Assembly: GCA_963804955.1 (NCBI GenBank)
Contig: CAWDSQ010000005.1
Coordinates: forward strand, 1-64,000
From: an uncultured delta proteobacterium
GTDB taxonomy: Bacteria; Desulfobacterota; WTBG01; CAIYCZ01; CAIRTM01
DNA length: 64,000 bases
Reading direction: 5' to 3'
Shown: positions 41,833 through 51,808 of the stretch, one piece after another
How the letters are laid out: each line of letters starts with the position of its first letter
How positions within the stretch are numbered: position 1 is the stretch's first letter
Notes under the pieces: model-generated
The model's database searches: none
Seen by the model: the letters and a program-made list of their open reading frames with translations, nothing else
What the model was told of the DNA's origin: nothing
Made by a program: the position numbers and the translations under genes

Positions 41833-42156
41833 ATGCAGATCAATATCGAAAAAGAGTTTATTGAGCTGACCCCCGAACGCCCTGATGAAACAGCAAAGCT
41901 GGAACAGCTCTGGCGCATGATTGTTGACTGTGCCCGGTTCAACAAAAAGCTTGTGCCTATGGGCGAGTATATTCCTTCAAAAAGAAATATGGCCCGGTTT
42001 GCTATTGAGGGCCCTCCGGGCGATGCCGACGTGCAGGAAGTCAGAGTTGACCGGGACTGCCGCTGCTATTGCCAGCAGTGCAATAAATTCGTGGTGCTGA
42101 AAAAAGGCGACCGGATACCTCCCTGCTGCGGCAAGCTTATGGAAATCCTGGACTGA
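41833..42156 (+). CDS. hypothetical protein with a C-terminal desulforedoxin-like CxxC...CC motif
   Basis: YCQQC...PPCCGKLM; strong RBS aaggagg. Confidence 0.75.
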   Translation: MQINIEKEFIELTPERPDETAKLEQLWRMIVDCARFNKKLVPMGEYIPSKRNMARFAIEGPPGDADVQEVRVDRDCRCYCQQCNKFVVLKKGDRIPPCCGKLMEILD

Positions 42157-42197
42157 AGCGGTTTTTTGACAGCCGCCACTGATAAACGGAGCTTGCT

Positions 42198-43442
42198 ATG
42201 ATCGAACTGCTTACCATCGGCGATGAGCTTTTGAGCGGCCGCACGGCCGATACCAATTCAAACTTCCTTGCCCGGGCGCTGACTGAGGCCGGGCTGTCTG
42301 CACAGCGGTTCAGCTCGGTTGGCGACGGCCTTGAAGATATCCGCCGCGCGCTGACACAGCTGCTGCCCGGCACCCGTTTTCTCATTGTCACGGGCGGACT
42401 TGGCCCCACCGATGATGACTGCACTGCGCAGGCAGCGGCTCTCACCTTCGGCCGCGAGCTTGCGGTGAGCGAGGCTGCCATCGGCACTATGGAGCGCCGC
42501 TACCGTGAATTCGGCCGGCCCATGCCTGATGCGGCAAAGAAACAGGCCGTGCTTCCGGAGGGCTGTGAGCCAATAGAAAACCCCGTCGGCACTGCCTGCG
42601 GTTTTTTGCTTACGGACGGGCAGCGGCATTTCTTTTTCCTGCCCGGCGTGCCTGAAGAAGTACATGCCATGACCGGCTTTATAATCGAGTATATCCGCAG
42701 AGAATGCGGCATGCGGCAGATTATAAAAAGCAGAACGCTGAAGGTTTTCGGCCTCTGGGAATCCAGGATTCAGGAATTGCTCAAAGGCCGCCTGCCGGAG
42801 CTGTCCGCAGTTGCCCTCGGGTTTTATCCCACCTTCCCGGAAGTAAGTCTTAAGATTACCGCTGCCGGTTCCGATGAGCAGCATATAGAGCATGAGCTGC
42901 AGCTGTTTCAGGCGGCCATTCAGAAGCATGTCGGCGACTATATTTATTCGGAAAACAATGAAACCATGGAAGAGGTGGTCGGCCGCATGCTTGCCGCGCA
43001 GGGCGCTTCGATTGCCGTAGCCGAATCCTGCACCGGCGGGCTTATCACGCACCGGCTCACCAATGTAGCGGGAAGCTCCGCCTATGTGGAGCGCTCGTTT
43101 GTTGTGTACAGCAACCGGGCCAAGCAGGAGCTGCTGGCTGTGCCGGAAGCTGTGCTTGCCCGGTACGGGGCGGTCAGCGAGCCTGTGGCGCGGCTCATGG
43201 CGGAGGGCGCCCGCAAAGCCGCGGGCACGGTCTACGGCCTTTCCGTTACCGGCATTGCCGGCCCGGACGGCGGCTCACCGGAAAAACCCGTCGGTACGGT
43301 ATTTATCGGCGTCGCAGGGCCGGAACAGACGGTAGTTGAAAAAAAGTTTTTCCCCGGTACGCGGGAAAAAATAAAAATCATGTCCTCGCAGATGGCGCTG
43401 AATCTTCTGCGGCTGGTTATGATGGGCAAAGGTATTGAATGA
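42198..43442 (+). CDS. cinA: competence/damage-inducible protein CinA (MCF + PncC domains)
   Basis: IGDELLSG...DTN, GGLGPT.DD, AESCTGG, GAVSE, TGIAGP.GG..EKPVG. Confidence 0.95.
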   Translation: MIELLTIGDELLSGRTADTNSNFLARALTEAGLSAQRFSSVGDGLEDIRRALTQLLPGTRFLIVTGGLGPTDDDCTAQAAALTFGRELAVSEAAIGTMERRYREFGRPMPDAAKKQAVLPEGCEPIENPVGTACGFLLTDGQRHFFFLPGVPEEVHAMTGFIIEYIRRECGMRQIIKSRTLKVFGLWESRIQELLKGRLPELSAVALGFYPTFPEVSLKITAAGSDEQHIEHELQLFQAAIQKHVGDYIYSENNETMEEVVGRMLAAQGASIAVAESCTGGLITHRLTNVAGSSAYVERSFVVYSNRAKQELLAVPEAVLARYGAVSEPVARLMAEGARKAAGTVYGLSVTGIAGPDGGSPEKPVGTVFIGVAGPEQTVVEKKFFPGTREKIKIMSSQMALNLLRLVMMGKGIE

Positions 43443-43771
43443 ATCTGTGAAAAGCCGCCCGGTAAAGGGATTGCAGCAGAAATTACTACCTCGTATTCAT
43501 AAAAGTCGAGGAATCTGTCACCGCTGTCAACGAGGTGACAGGGTCTCATACCCTTCTACAAAAGAGAGATTCTTCGCGCCGCTACAGGTAATAGAGCAAC
43601 AACATCGCTGCTGATTTACAACTTTCTTACAGATCACTGCATACCCTGAAGATTGCAAAAAATAATTTCTTTATCTGTTCCCTGTCAGCATGGTATATAA
43701 TTATAGTTTTTGCCGCATGCCGTCTTTAAAACCACATTTTTGAAAAGGGAGGATCGGCGCCATGAGAATTT

Positions 43772-44518
43772 TTGCCTATGTCGTGTCTGTTTGTGTGCCT
43801 CAGCCTTGCTGCAGGCAGTACGAATATCGTTTGCGCTGCTTCGGCGGACGCACAGGATTCGACGTATGACCCTTTTGAAAAGACCGGCGGGGATGCCGGA
43901 GCAGCCGGGCAGCAGGTCTCAGACCCCCTTGAAAAATTCAACCGGGGCATGTTCGTTTTTAATGACAAGCTGTATTACTGGGTATTAAAGCCGGCCGCTC
44001 AGGGCTACAGCTATGTCGTGCCGGAGCCTGCGCGCATGTGCGTGAAAAGATTTTTCCTGAACCTGATTACGCCGGTGCGCATGGTCAACTGCGTACTGCA
44101 GGGAAAATTCAAGGGTGCGGGCGTGGAGCTGACCCGCTTTGTCGTGAATTCGACATCGGGCATTGGCGGGCTGTTTGATCCGTCGTATTACTGCTGGGGC
44201 CTGACCCGTCAGGATGAGGATACGGGCAGAACACTCGGCCGGTACGGCATCGGCCACGGCATCTATATTGTCTGGCCGATTCTGGGCCCTTCGAGCGCGC
44301 GCGATACCGTTGGCCTGGTCGGAGATTCTTTCCTTGACCCGCTGTCCTATGTCAATCTGCATCTCTGGGAGCGGGCCGGCATCGAAGCCTATGAGAGAGT
44401 CAATACGGTGTCTCTGAAAATTGATGCATATGATGAATTCAAGAAAAGCGCCGTTGACCCGTATGTTTCGCTGAGAAACGCCTATCTTCAAAACAGGCAG
44501 TACGGCCTTCAGAAATGA
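43772..44518 (+). CDS. mlaA: MlaA/VacJ family protein
   Basis: DPLEKFNR, RFVVNST.GIGGLFD, EDTGRTLG.YG, P.LGPSS.RD, DPY...RNAY. Confidence 0.92.
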   Translation: MPMSCLFVCLSLAAGSTNIVCAASADAQDSTYDPFEKTGGDAGAAGQQVSDPLEKFNRGMFVFNDKLYYWVLKPAAQGYSYVVPEPARMCVKRFFLNLITPVRMVNCVLQGKFKGAGVELTRFVVNSTSGIGGLFDPSYYCWGLTRQDEDTGRTLGRYGIGHGIYIVWPILGPSSARDTVGLVGDSFLDPLSYVNLHLWERAGIEAYERVNTVSLKIDAYDEFKKSAVDPYVSLRNAYLQNRQYGLQK

Positions 44519-44561
44519 TTTTCACGCCGGGGCATACCGGTGCTTAAAACAGGTATTCGGT

Positions 44562-44586
44562 AAAAGCGCTTCTCCGGAGCGCTTTT
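44562..44586. terminator. bidirectional terminator between convergent mlaA and mlaC
   Basis: aaaagcgct-tctccgg-agcgctttt. Confidence 0.7.
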
Positions 44587-45256
44587 ACTGCTTTTTGGGG
44601 GCTGCAGCAGGGGCCTTTTCAATGATATCTCCTTCGCCCTGCTTGGATTTCAGCTTTTCGATAAGTTTTTCATAGGAGCCGTTTGTCAGAAGCTCGCTGA
44701 ACTGCGTGCGGTAATTGGCGACAATGCCGACCCCTTCAAGGGTGAGGTCATATACCACCCATTTGCCGCCTTTGTTGATGAGCTTATAGCTGAGCGGAAT
44801 TTCTTCTTCCTTGAGGGTTATTTTTGAGTCGATCAGGGCATACTGCCCATCAATTGTCTCTTTGGTATAGGCAATATTTTTTGCTGAAAAGCTTTTTTCC
44901 TCTTTGAGAAACAGATCAACCTTCGAAACATAGGTCCGCTCAAGGAACTCGCTGAAAATCGCCACAAACTCCTTTTGCTGCGGCGGGGTGAAATCCCTCC
45001 AGTGCACCCCCAGCGCCCGTCTGGACATTTCTTCCCAGTCGAATTTTCCGGCGATTACCGTATTGATAAGCTTTTGGCGCTCCTGTTTCTTATCAGGGGC
45101 CCCGTAGGCCGGATTCTGCATGATCGAAAGGACTTTATCGACAGCGGTTTTCAGGTCGTCGGTAATAGTGCCGGCCATGCCCCCACAGGGGCGAAAAAGC
45201 GCTGTGCACAGCAGAACCAGGGCATACAGAGAAGTCTTTTTTAGTAACCCATGCAT
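44585..45256 (-). CDS. mlaC: MlaC/HpnM/Ttg2D family periplasmic protein
   Basis: FD..EMSRRALG..W, QQKEF, W.VYD...EGV..V.NYRTQF. Confidence 0.9.
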   Translation of the reverse strand: MHGLLKKTSLYALVLLCTALFRPCGGMAGTITDDLKTAVDKVLSIMQNPAYGAPDKKQERQKLINTVIAGKFDWEEMSRRALGVHWRDFTPPQQKEFVAIFSEFLERTYVSKVDLFLKEEKSFSAKNIAYTKETIDGQYALIDSKITLKEEEIPLSYKLINKGGKWVVYDLTLEGVGIVANYRTQFSELLTNGSYEKLIEKLKSKQGEGDIIEKAPAAAPKKQ

Positions 45257-45423
45257 GATTGTTCTCCCGGATTAATAGTAGAGTATTTTTCTTTTTGTTG
45301 TAGCCTCTCTTTTCTGTCATCTCGACCGTAGGGAGAGATCTTTAAAGCTTGATGCGCACTGCGCAACCTTCGGACTCGCTGCGCCCGAAATGGCAATTCG
45401 GCTACAGTATTTAGAAAAATGGT

Positions 45424-46656
45424 TTAAAAGCCGCACACAGTGTGCATGATTTCGATGCATTTTTCAATATCGCTTTTTTTGAGAAACATGCTTGTCGACA
45501 GCGTTATGGAGCGCGCTGCCAGGCGGCGCGCGTTTTCACTGTTTCTGTTCGGGACAATGCCCTTTAAATAGCCGTAGTCGGCCAGAGCGCGGGCATAGAT
45601 TTGTGATACTCCAAGGCCGGTGCCGGCAAAGGCTTTCAGCGCCTGTATTTTTTTTTCAGGCTGATCAAAAACAACGGTTACATAGGGATATGTTGCCGTG
45701 TCAGCAGCAGCCTGCTGTATGACGGTGATACCGGCACTATCTTTAAGTCCATCGATATAGCAGGCCGCTTTTTCCCGCTGGCTGCCTATGGCCCCGGCAA
45801 TCCGGGAGAAGGCAATATGCCCTGCCGCTTGTCTGAAGCCTGAAACCGCATGAACCGGGAACTTGCTGTCAAAATCCTCACGCAAAGCTTTTATGTCATC
45901 GCCGCGGCGCGACCAGTAGAGCTGGGGCAGGGTGAAGACAAACCAGAAAAGCAGGGGCCGGTAAAAAAGCCCGTAGCCCAGCAGCTCCAGTATGCGCCGC
46001 GCTTCCATGACGAAAATCATATTGTACCAGCTGCTGTATTTTTGCATCTCATCAAGGCGGCATGTTCAGTTTTGTTTGCAACCAGCACCCCGCCTTCATA
46101 CAGCGTGAGCCCTTTGCCCGCGGCAAGGCTGAAGAAATGAGAAGTCGCCCAGCGTGCCCACCGGCCTGCCCTTATGCAGGGCCCCGAAGGACTGGGCGCA
46201 GTCCTCAATAACAAAAAGCCCGTAGTCTCTGATTGTTTGTTCAAAACGGGCCGGATCGCAGGGTATGCCGCCCAGATGGTTAATAAGTATCGTGCCAATA
46301 TCGGAATTCGCGGCGCAGGCGGCAGCAACCCGGCCCGCATCACCGTTGAAATCCCGGAGCCCGACATCATAGGGCTCGATAAAAAAGCCTGCCCGGCCTA
46401 TGGCTAAGGCCACAAGCGGGCAGATAAAAGACGGCACCAGAATGGTTCTTTTTGGAGAAAGTTCTTTTAATGCTTCACATATTATATATAATGCCGAGGT
46501 CCCCGAGCAGGTGACGGCAGCATGGGGCGCGCCAAGGAAATTTTGAAAATCCCGGGCCAGCAGGCCGCCTGTATGCCGGCTGCGGTATGCCGCTGCAAGC
46601 TCGCGTGCCGAAAGCGGGAGCCCTGCAGTGGGGGGAATGTCTCGGAATATGCTCAT
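45424..46656 (-). CDS. DegT/DnrJ/EryC1/StrS-family PLP-dependent protein (apparent frameshifts near 46050-46140)
   Basis: SGTSAL, VPSFICP, IEDCAQSFG, FFSLAAGKGLT..EGG. Confidence 0.8.
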
Positions 46657-46684
46657 GGTTTTTTCATAAGGATGCGTCTATACC

Positions 46685-47779
46685 GTGGAACCGTTTCATT
46701 GTACGTGCGTCGATACCATTAGTTCAATAAAAAAAGAGGACTGGGACTTTTTTTTTGCCGACTGCCCCGAAGGGTACTGGTTCTATACAACCCTTGAGCA
46801 GTCGCGCCTTGCGGAGTTTTCATTTCATTACCTGCTTGCCCACCGTGGGCAGAGCCTGTGCGCCATCATGCCTTTTTTTACCGCCGACTTTCATGCCGAC
46901 ACCGTTCTTGAGCCGGGCGTGCGAAAGCTTGTCAGCGCTGTGCGGGCCTTTGCACCGCGGTTTCTGGTTTTTAAAACGCTTTTTTGCGGCTCTCCTTTCG
47001 GGGAGCAGGGGCTGCTGGGCATTGCTCCTGATGTGAGCGACACAAAGAGGCTTGTGCATGCCCTGACCCTTGAGCTGAAGGGCTTCTGCAAGCGGCAGGG
47101 CCTGTCGCTGCTGCTTTTCAAGGATTTTTCCGAACAGGACGCGCCCGTTCTTGATCTGCTCGGCGAACAGGGTTTTTTTAAAACCGACAGCTTCCCCTCG
47201 GCCATCATCGACCTGCCCTATACAACATTTGACGAGTATCTGGCAAGCCTCAGCAGCGGAGCGCGCAAGGATTTGCGCCGCAAGCTGAAAAAAGCCCGCG
47301 ACTCGGGCGGGCTTACGACAAAGGTTGTGGAGCGCGTGGATGACTGTATCGATGCTATCTACAGCCTCTATATGAATACCTATACCGCCGGGGAAACAAA
47401 ATTTGAGAAGCTGACCAGGGATTTTTTTTTGAAGGCCGCTGAAAACGCGGGCTCCGGCTGCCGGTACTTTCTCTACTATATCGACGGCAGGCTTGCCGCC
47501 TTCAATCTTTGTTTCGTTCAGGGCGACCTGCTGATCGATAAATTCATCGGTTTTGATTATGCTATCGCCCGCAGGTACAGCCTCTACTTTGTGAGCTGGT
47601 GCGAGAATGTCCAGTGGTGCATCGACAATGGCATCAGGCGCTATCAGGTCGGGCAGACCGATTATGAGCCCAAAACCCGTCTCGGGTGCAGGCTTGTGCC
47701 CCTGTTTGCCTATGTGCGCCATACAAGCGGGCTTATGAACCGGTGCCTGCAGGTGCTGGCAAAGTTTTTGAATTTTTAA
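46685..47779 (+). CDS. FemAB-like double-GNAT protein
   Basis: FDEYLASL...RKDLRRK, FEKLT.DFF, DKFIGFDY, LYF, GQT.YEPK.RLG. Confidence 0.8.
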   Translation: MEPFHCTCVDTISSIKKEDWDFFFADCPEGYWFYTTLEQSRLAEFSFHYLLAHRGQSLCAIMPFFTADFHADTVLEPGVRKLVSAVRAFAPRFLVFKTLFCGSPFGEQGLLGIAPDVSDTKRLVHALTLELKGFCKRQGLSLLLFKDFSEQDAPVLDLLGEQGFFKTDSFPSAIIDLPYTTFDEYLASLSSGARKDLRRKLKKARDSGGLTTKVVERVDDCIDAIYSLYMNTYTAGETKFEKLTRDFFLKAAENAGSGCRYFLYYIDGRLAAFNLCFVQGDLLIDKFIGFDYAIARRYSLYFVSWCENVQWCIDNGIRRYQVGQTDYEPKTRLGCRLVPLFAYVRHTSGLMNRCLQVLAKFLNF

Positions 47780-47913
47780 ATCAGCAAGAGGCGGTTTCGC
47801 AGGGTTGATTAAGCCCGACAAAACATGGTGGGTTCGCTTCGCTTAACCCACCCTGCGAGCAGGTTTGCCTGCCCCAGGTGACTACATGAGGGCGAATCCA
47901 CCAAAAGGAGTCC

Positions 47914-48846
47914 ATGCTTTCAGATACCGTCCGCATACTGAATTTTGACGGCAGCCTTTTGCGGCAGACGCGCCTCCTCGAGCGCTACCAGCCTGATATT
48001 ATAGACCTGACCGGCCTCGGCTGCTCCGGCAGGCTCTGGGCGAATAAAAAGACAGCGGCTGCCATCGATGCCGCCCTGCAGCCGCAGGCGCAGCAGGCCA
48101 TCACGCTCCTGGGCTCGGGCGATTTTCATCATGTATCGCAGCTGCTCGTGAGACGGTTTGCCGGGCCGCTTACGCTCATTGTTTTTGATTTTCACCCCGA
48201 CTGGGACATCCTGCCCCCCCGCTTCGGCTGCGGGTCATGGGTCAGCCGGTCCCTTGAGCTGAGCACGGTCAGCAAGGTGCTGCTGCTGGGCATTTCATCA
48301 GAGGATATTTCAAGCCCGGCAATTCATACGGGCAATCTGCAGGCCCTGAAAGATGACCGGCTTGAGATATACCCCTGCGCGCACAAGCCCACCCGCGTGC
48401 TGCTGAGAAATGTGCCGCACAACACCTCCCTGCAGGTCCGGCGCAGCGGCATTATCAGCGAGATTACCTGGACTGAACTGCAGGGCAGGGACATGGAAAC
48501 GTTCATGGCCGGGGTGCTGCAGCGCTGCGCGAGCAGAAAAGCCTATATCAGTATTGACAAGGACTGCCTTCGCTCAGCTCATGCCCTGAGCAACTGGGAG
48601 GAAGGCCGCTTCAGCCTTGATGAGCTGCTGCGGCTGTTAAAAGTCATACAGGAAACTATGGATATTGCCGGGCTTGACATCACGGGCGAATATTCCGAGC
48701 CTGTGAAGTTAAGCAGAATAAAAGCGCTGTGCTCCCGCCTTGACCATCCTGCCGGCTATAGCGCCTGTGGCTCTTCGGCTGAAACAATCAACACAATCAA
48801 TGAAGAAACCAATCTGCGGATTCTCGAACTCCTGCTGGGCCGGTGA
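47914..48846 (+). CDS. arginase/ureohydrolase-fold protein
   Basis: GSGDFHH, FDFHPD, YISIDKD, GLDITGE. Confidence 0.8.
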   Translation: MLSDTVRILNFDGSLLRQTRLLERYQPDIIDLTGLGCSGRLWANKKTAAAIDAALQPQAQQAITLLGSGDFHHVSQLLVRRFAGPLTLIVFDFHPDWDILPPRFGCGSWVSRSLELSTVSKVLLLGISSEDISSPAIHTGNLQALKDDRLEIYPCAHKPTRVLLRNVPHNTSLQVRRSGIISEITWTELQGRDMETFMAGVLQRCASRKAYISIDKDCLRSAHALSNWEEGRFSLDELLRLLKVIQETMDIAGLDITGEYSEPVKLSRIKALCSRLDHPAGYSACGSSAETINTINEETNLRILELLLGR

Positions 48847-49118
48847 TTGCCGGCCGCGAAGCATACTCATGGTATCAGGGGCTGATTGACCGCGTCATGG
48901 GGATGTTTTCAAGCACCGCCGGGGAGGCCGCCCGCACAAGCATCTACCTTGCAGCCTCCGCTGCGGTACAGGGCATTACCGGCGCATATTTCGCAAAAGA
49001 GCAGCGCAAGGAGCTGTCTCCGAAATGCGGGGACATACCCCTTCGAAAAGAGCTCTGTCGGTTAAGCGAAACACTGACCGGGCTGGAGCCGGACTCTGTT
49101 GATGCCGGAAAATTTTAA
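48843..49118 (+). pseudogene. C-terminal fragment of an SDR oxidoreductase
   Basis: EAARTSIYLA.S..V.G.TGAYF...L..LSE.LTG tail with no Rossmann fold upstream. Confidence 0.6.
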
Positions 49119-49165
49119 AGCGCCTCCGCCGGCAGGGAGCCGCGCGCTTTTCATTGCAGCGGTTT

Positions 49166-50119
49166 TTATTCTTTTGCCTGTTCGCATATATTAAGCTCAA
49201 CGGTTATATGGGCAAGGGCGCACAAGTCCGCAAGCCGTGTTTTATACTGTTCAATAGTATAGCTTCGCCCTGTCACTACAGCGACAATGCAGGCATACCG
49301 GCCCTGCGCTACGCGCCACACATGCAAATCGGTCACCCGCGAATCGCCGTCGGATTCAATGAGCCGGCGTATTTCCCGGGCAAGGGGCGGATCCGCAACA
49401 TAATCAAGCAGAATGCCCGATGTATCTTTCAGAAGTAAACCGGACCAGCGGATGATAAGACCGGCGCCGACAAGCCCCATAAACGGATCAAGCCAGTTCA
49501 AGCCTGCATATTTTGCGCCCAGCAGAGCCAGTATGGCAAACACGGAGGTAAGAGCATCGGCAACGACATGCAAATAGGCCGACTTTAAATTTAAATCATG
49601 ATCCTTGTGATCGTGATGCTCATGGCCTGCACAGTGCGCGCTATGGCCGTGCTCATGGCCATGATCGCCAGCTCCAAGAATGGCGGCGCAGGCAAGGTTC
49701 ACCAGCAAACCAAAAACAGCTACAAAAAGCGCCTGATTATACTGGATGGCAAGAGGGTGCAGCATTCTTTCCACCGATGTATACACCATGGCAATACCAA
49801 CGATGCCCAGAACCACGGCGCTTGTGTAGGCGCCCAAAATTTCAATTTTCCATGTGCCGAAAGTGAAGCGCTGATTGAGCGCGTTTTTTCTTGCCAGTAT
49901 ATAGGCAAGCAGGGAAATGCTCAGGGCAAATGCATGGGTTCCCATATGCCATCCATCGGCCAGCAGCGCCATGGAATTGGTCAACCAGCCGAAAAAGATT
50001 TCAGCGATCATGGTGACAAGCGTCACGACAACCACGACAGAAGTCCGCTTTTCCGTCATTTTCTTTTCAGCATTGAAGGTATGATCGTGCAGCCAAAAAT
50101 CTATCTGCTGATGATGCAT
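49166..50119 (-). CDS. dmeF: CDF family Co/Ni efflux transporter (DmeF-like)
   Basis: SMALLADGWHMGTH, His-rich loop, NLKSAYLHV.ADALTS, DLHVW, HITVE. Confidence 0.9.
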   Translation of the reverse strand: MHHQQIDFWLHDHTFNAEKKMTEKRTSVVVVVTLVTMIAEIFFGWLTNSMALLADGWHMGTHAFALSISLLAYILARKNALNQRFTFGTWKIEILGAYTSAVVLGIVGIAMVYTSVERMLHPLAIQYNQALFVAVFGLLVNLACAAILGAGDHGHEHGHSAHCAGHEHHDHKDHDLNLKSAYLHVVADALTSVFAILALLGAKYAGLNWLDPFMGLVGAGLIIRWSGLLLKDTSGILLDYVADPPLAREIRRLIESDGDSRVTDLHVWRVAQGRYACIVAVVTGRSYTIEQYKTRLADLCALAHITVELNICEQAKE

Positions 50120-50569
50120 TATGCGCCTCCGGGGCTGTTGTGCCTGATTTTTTTTTGCAGTACTGTCATTACCTGCATGCTGCAAGAGCGACACGGTAAA
50201 CCGTTCTTTATTCTTTCAGATAGCACCCCTTAAGGCGCATTGCAATGACTTCTGCGAATCATTCCGAACAGGTCTGAGTGATGCAAAAAAAAATGGCGGC
50301 AGTGGGTTTTTAAACTGCTGCGCTGAGCATGAACACCCGGCATGCATGGTTGCCCGATATGCGGTTTTCAAGGATCTATAGGATTTGCAATAGGGTACAT
50401 TGTTTGAGTAATAAACCGCAGCAGTGAACCGCGGCGGACTTTACCTCACCCGGGCAGCAGCATGCAGCCGGTAAGGAGAGTGACAATCCGGTGTAAGTAG
50501 ACTACAATTAATCCGCACCGGCCTGCTGCGCGATGGCAGGCCGGTCTCGACACTCAGGAGGAACATTGC

Positions 50570-51751
50570 ATGGATGTGATACTGTTCAGTACGGTTGTCT
50601 GCTTATGCAGTACCGCCTTTTTTTTCATCATGAATATACTGAATGTCATCTTTGTAAAGAAAGTAGACCTCTACCCTGACAGCGAAGCATGCCCGCTGGT
50701 TTCCGTTATTGTGCCGGCACGCAATGAAGAAAGAAATATCCGGGCCTGTGTCAGCTCTTTACTTGACCAGGAGTATCCGTCATACGAGGTCATTGTTGTC
50801 AATGACCATTCAGAGGACGGCACGGCAAAAATTTTATCCGGCTTGCAGGCAGGGCATCCGCACTTGAGCGTGCTGGATTGTGCAGACCTGCCGCCGGGCT
50901 GGACAGGTAAGAATTGGGCCTGTGATGAAGGATACCGGCAGTCCAAGGGAGAGCTGATCATATTCACTGATGCCGATACGCAGCATGCCCCGCATTTTCT
51001 GCGCAAGGCCGCTTCAGCCATACTGCATGAACAGGCTGATCTTCTCACGGTCATACCCCGTTTTTCAACAATTTCCCCGGCGGAAAAAGCCATTATGCCC
51101 CTTTTGATATGGCTGGCCTATTCAGTGTTTCCCTTTGCCCTCATGAACAGGGGCCGCCTGAGAATAGTGTCATATTCAAACGGCGCCTTCATGATGTTCC
51201 GCCGGGATGCCTACCGGAAAATCGGCGGCCATGCCGCTATCCGCGATAATGTCATTGATGACATGACGCTTGGCCGCAGGATCAGGCAGGCAGGCCAGCG
51301 CTGTGTCGTTGTCAATGGCTCTGCCGCCCTGCAATGCCGCATGTATACCTGCATGCAGGAAATCTACAGCGGCTTTGCAAAAAATCTATTCAGGCTTTTT
51401 TCCAATTCTTTGCCAAACTGTATCGCGGTTCCTCTGTCTGCGCTCTGCTGGCTGTTTTTCTGTTTAATCTATATACTGCCCGTCTGCGCAGCAGGAGCAT
51501 TTTTCATTTTCCGGCTGCAGGGCAGCCTCGTTTCTCCTGCTGCAGCTATGGTTGCAGGGATTTGCATGCTGTGTTCTCTCGGTTCATTTATTCTGGTCTC
51601 TGCCCATTTTCGCTACCCCCGGCTCATGGCCTTTTTGTATCCGGTCAGTATTTTTCTTTTATTTACCATTGCCATGAATTCCATTATCCAGACTTTAACG
51701 GGACAAACAGAGTGGAAGGGACGGTCGCTGCACGCAGGGCCGCCTGAATAA
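50570..51751 (+). CDS. GT2 glycosyltransferase (HpnB/CrtQ-like)
   Basis: VPARNEE, ND.S.DGT, LPPGWTGK.WAC, FTDAD, IDD, WKGR. Confidence 0.88.
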   Translation: MDVILFSTVVCLCSTAFFFIMNILNVIFVKKVDLYPDSEACPLVSVIVPARNEERNIRACVSSLLDQEYPSYEVIVVNDHSEDGTAKILSGLQAGHPHLSVLDCADLPPGWTGKNWACDEGYRQSKGELIIFTDADTQHAPHFLRKAASAILHEQADLLTVIPRFSTISPAEKAIMPLLIWLAYSVFPFALMNRGRLRIVSYSNGAFMMFRRDAYRKIGGHAAIRDNVIDDMTLGRRIRQAGQRCVVVNGSAALQCRMYTCMQEIYSGFAKNLFRLFSNSLPNCIAVPLSALCWLFFCLIYILPVCAAGAFFIFRLQGSLVSPAAAMVAGICMLCSLGSFILVSAHFRYPRLMAFLYPVSIFLLFTIAMNSIIQTLTGQTEWKGRSLHAGPPE

Positions 51752-51808
51752 ACCGCAAAGAGCTCCGGCACAGCCTATAGCCTGCAGTCCTTCCCCTGAA
51801 ACTGCCCC

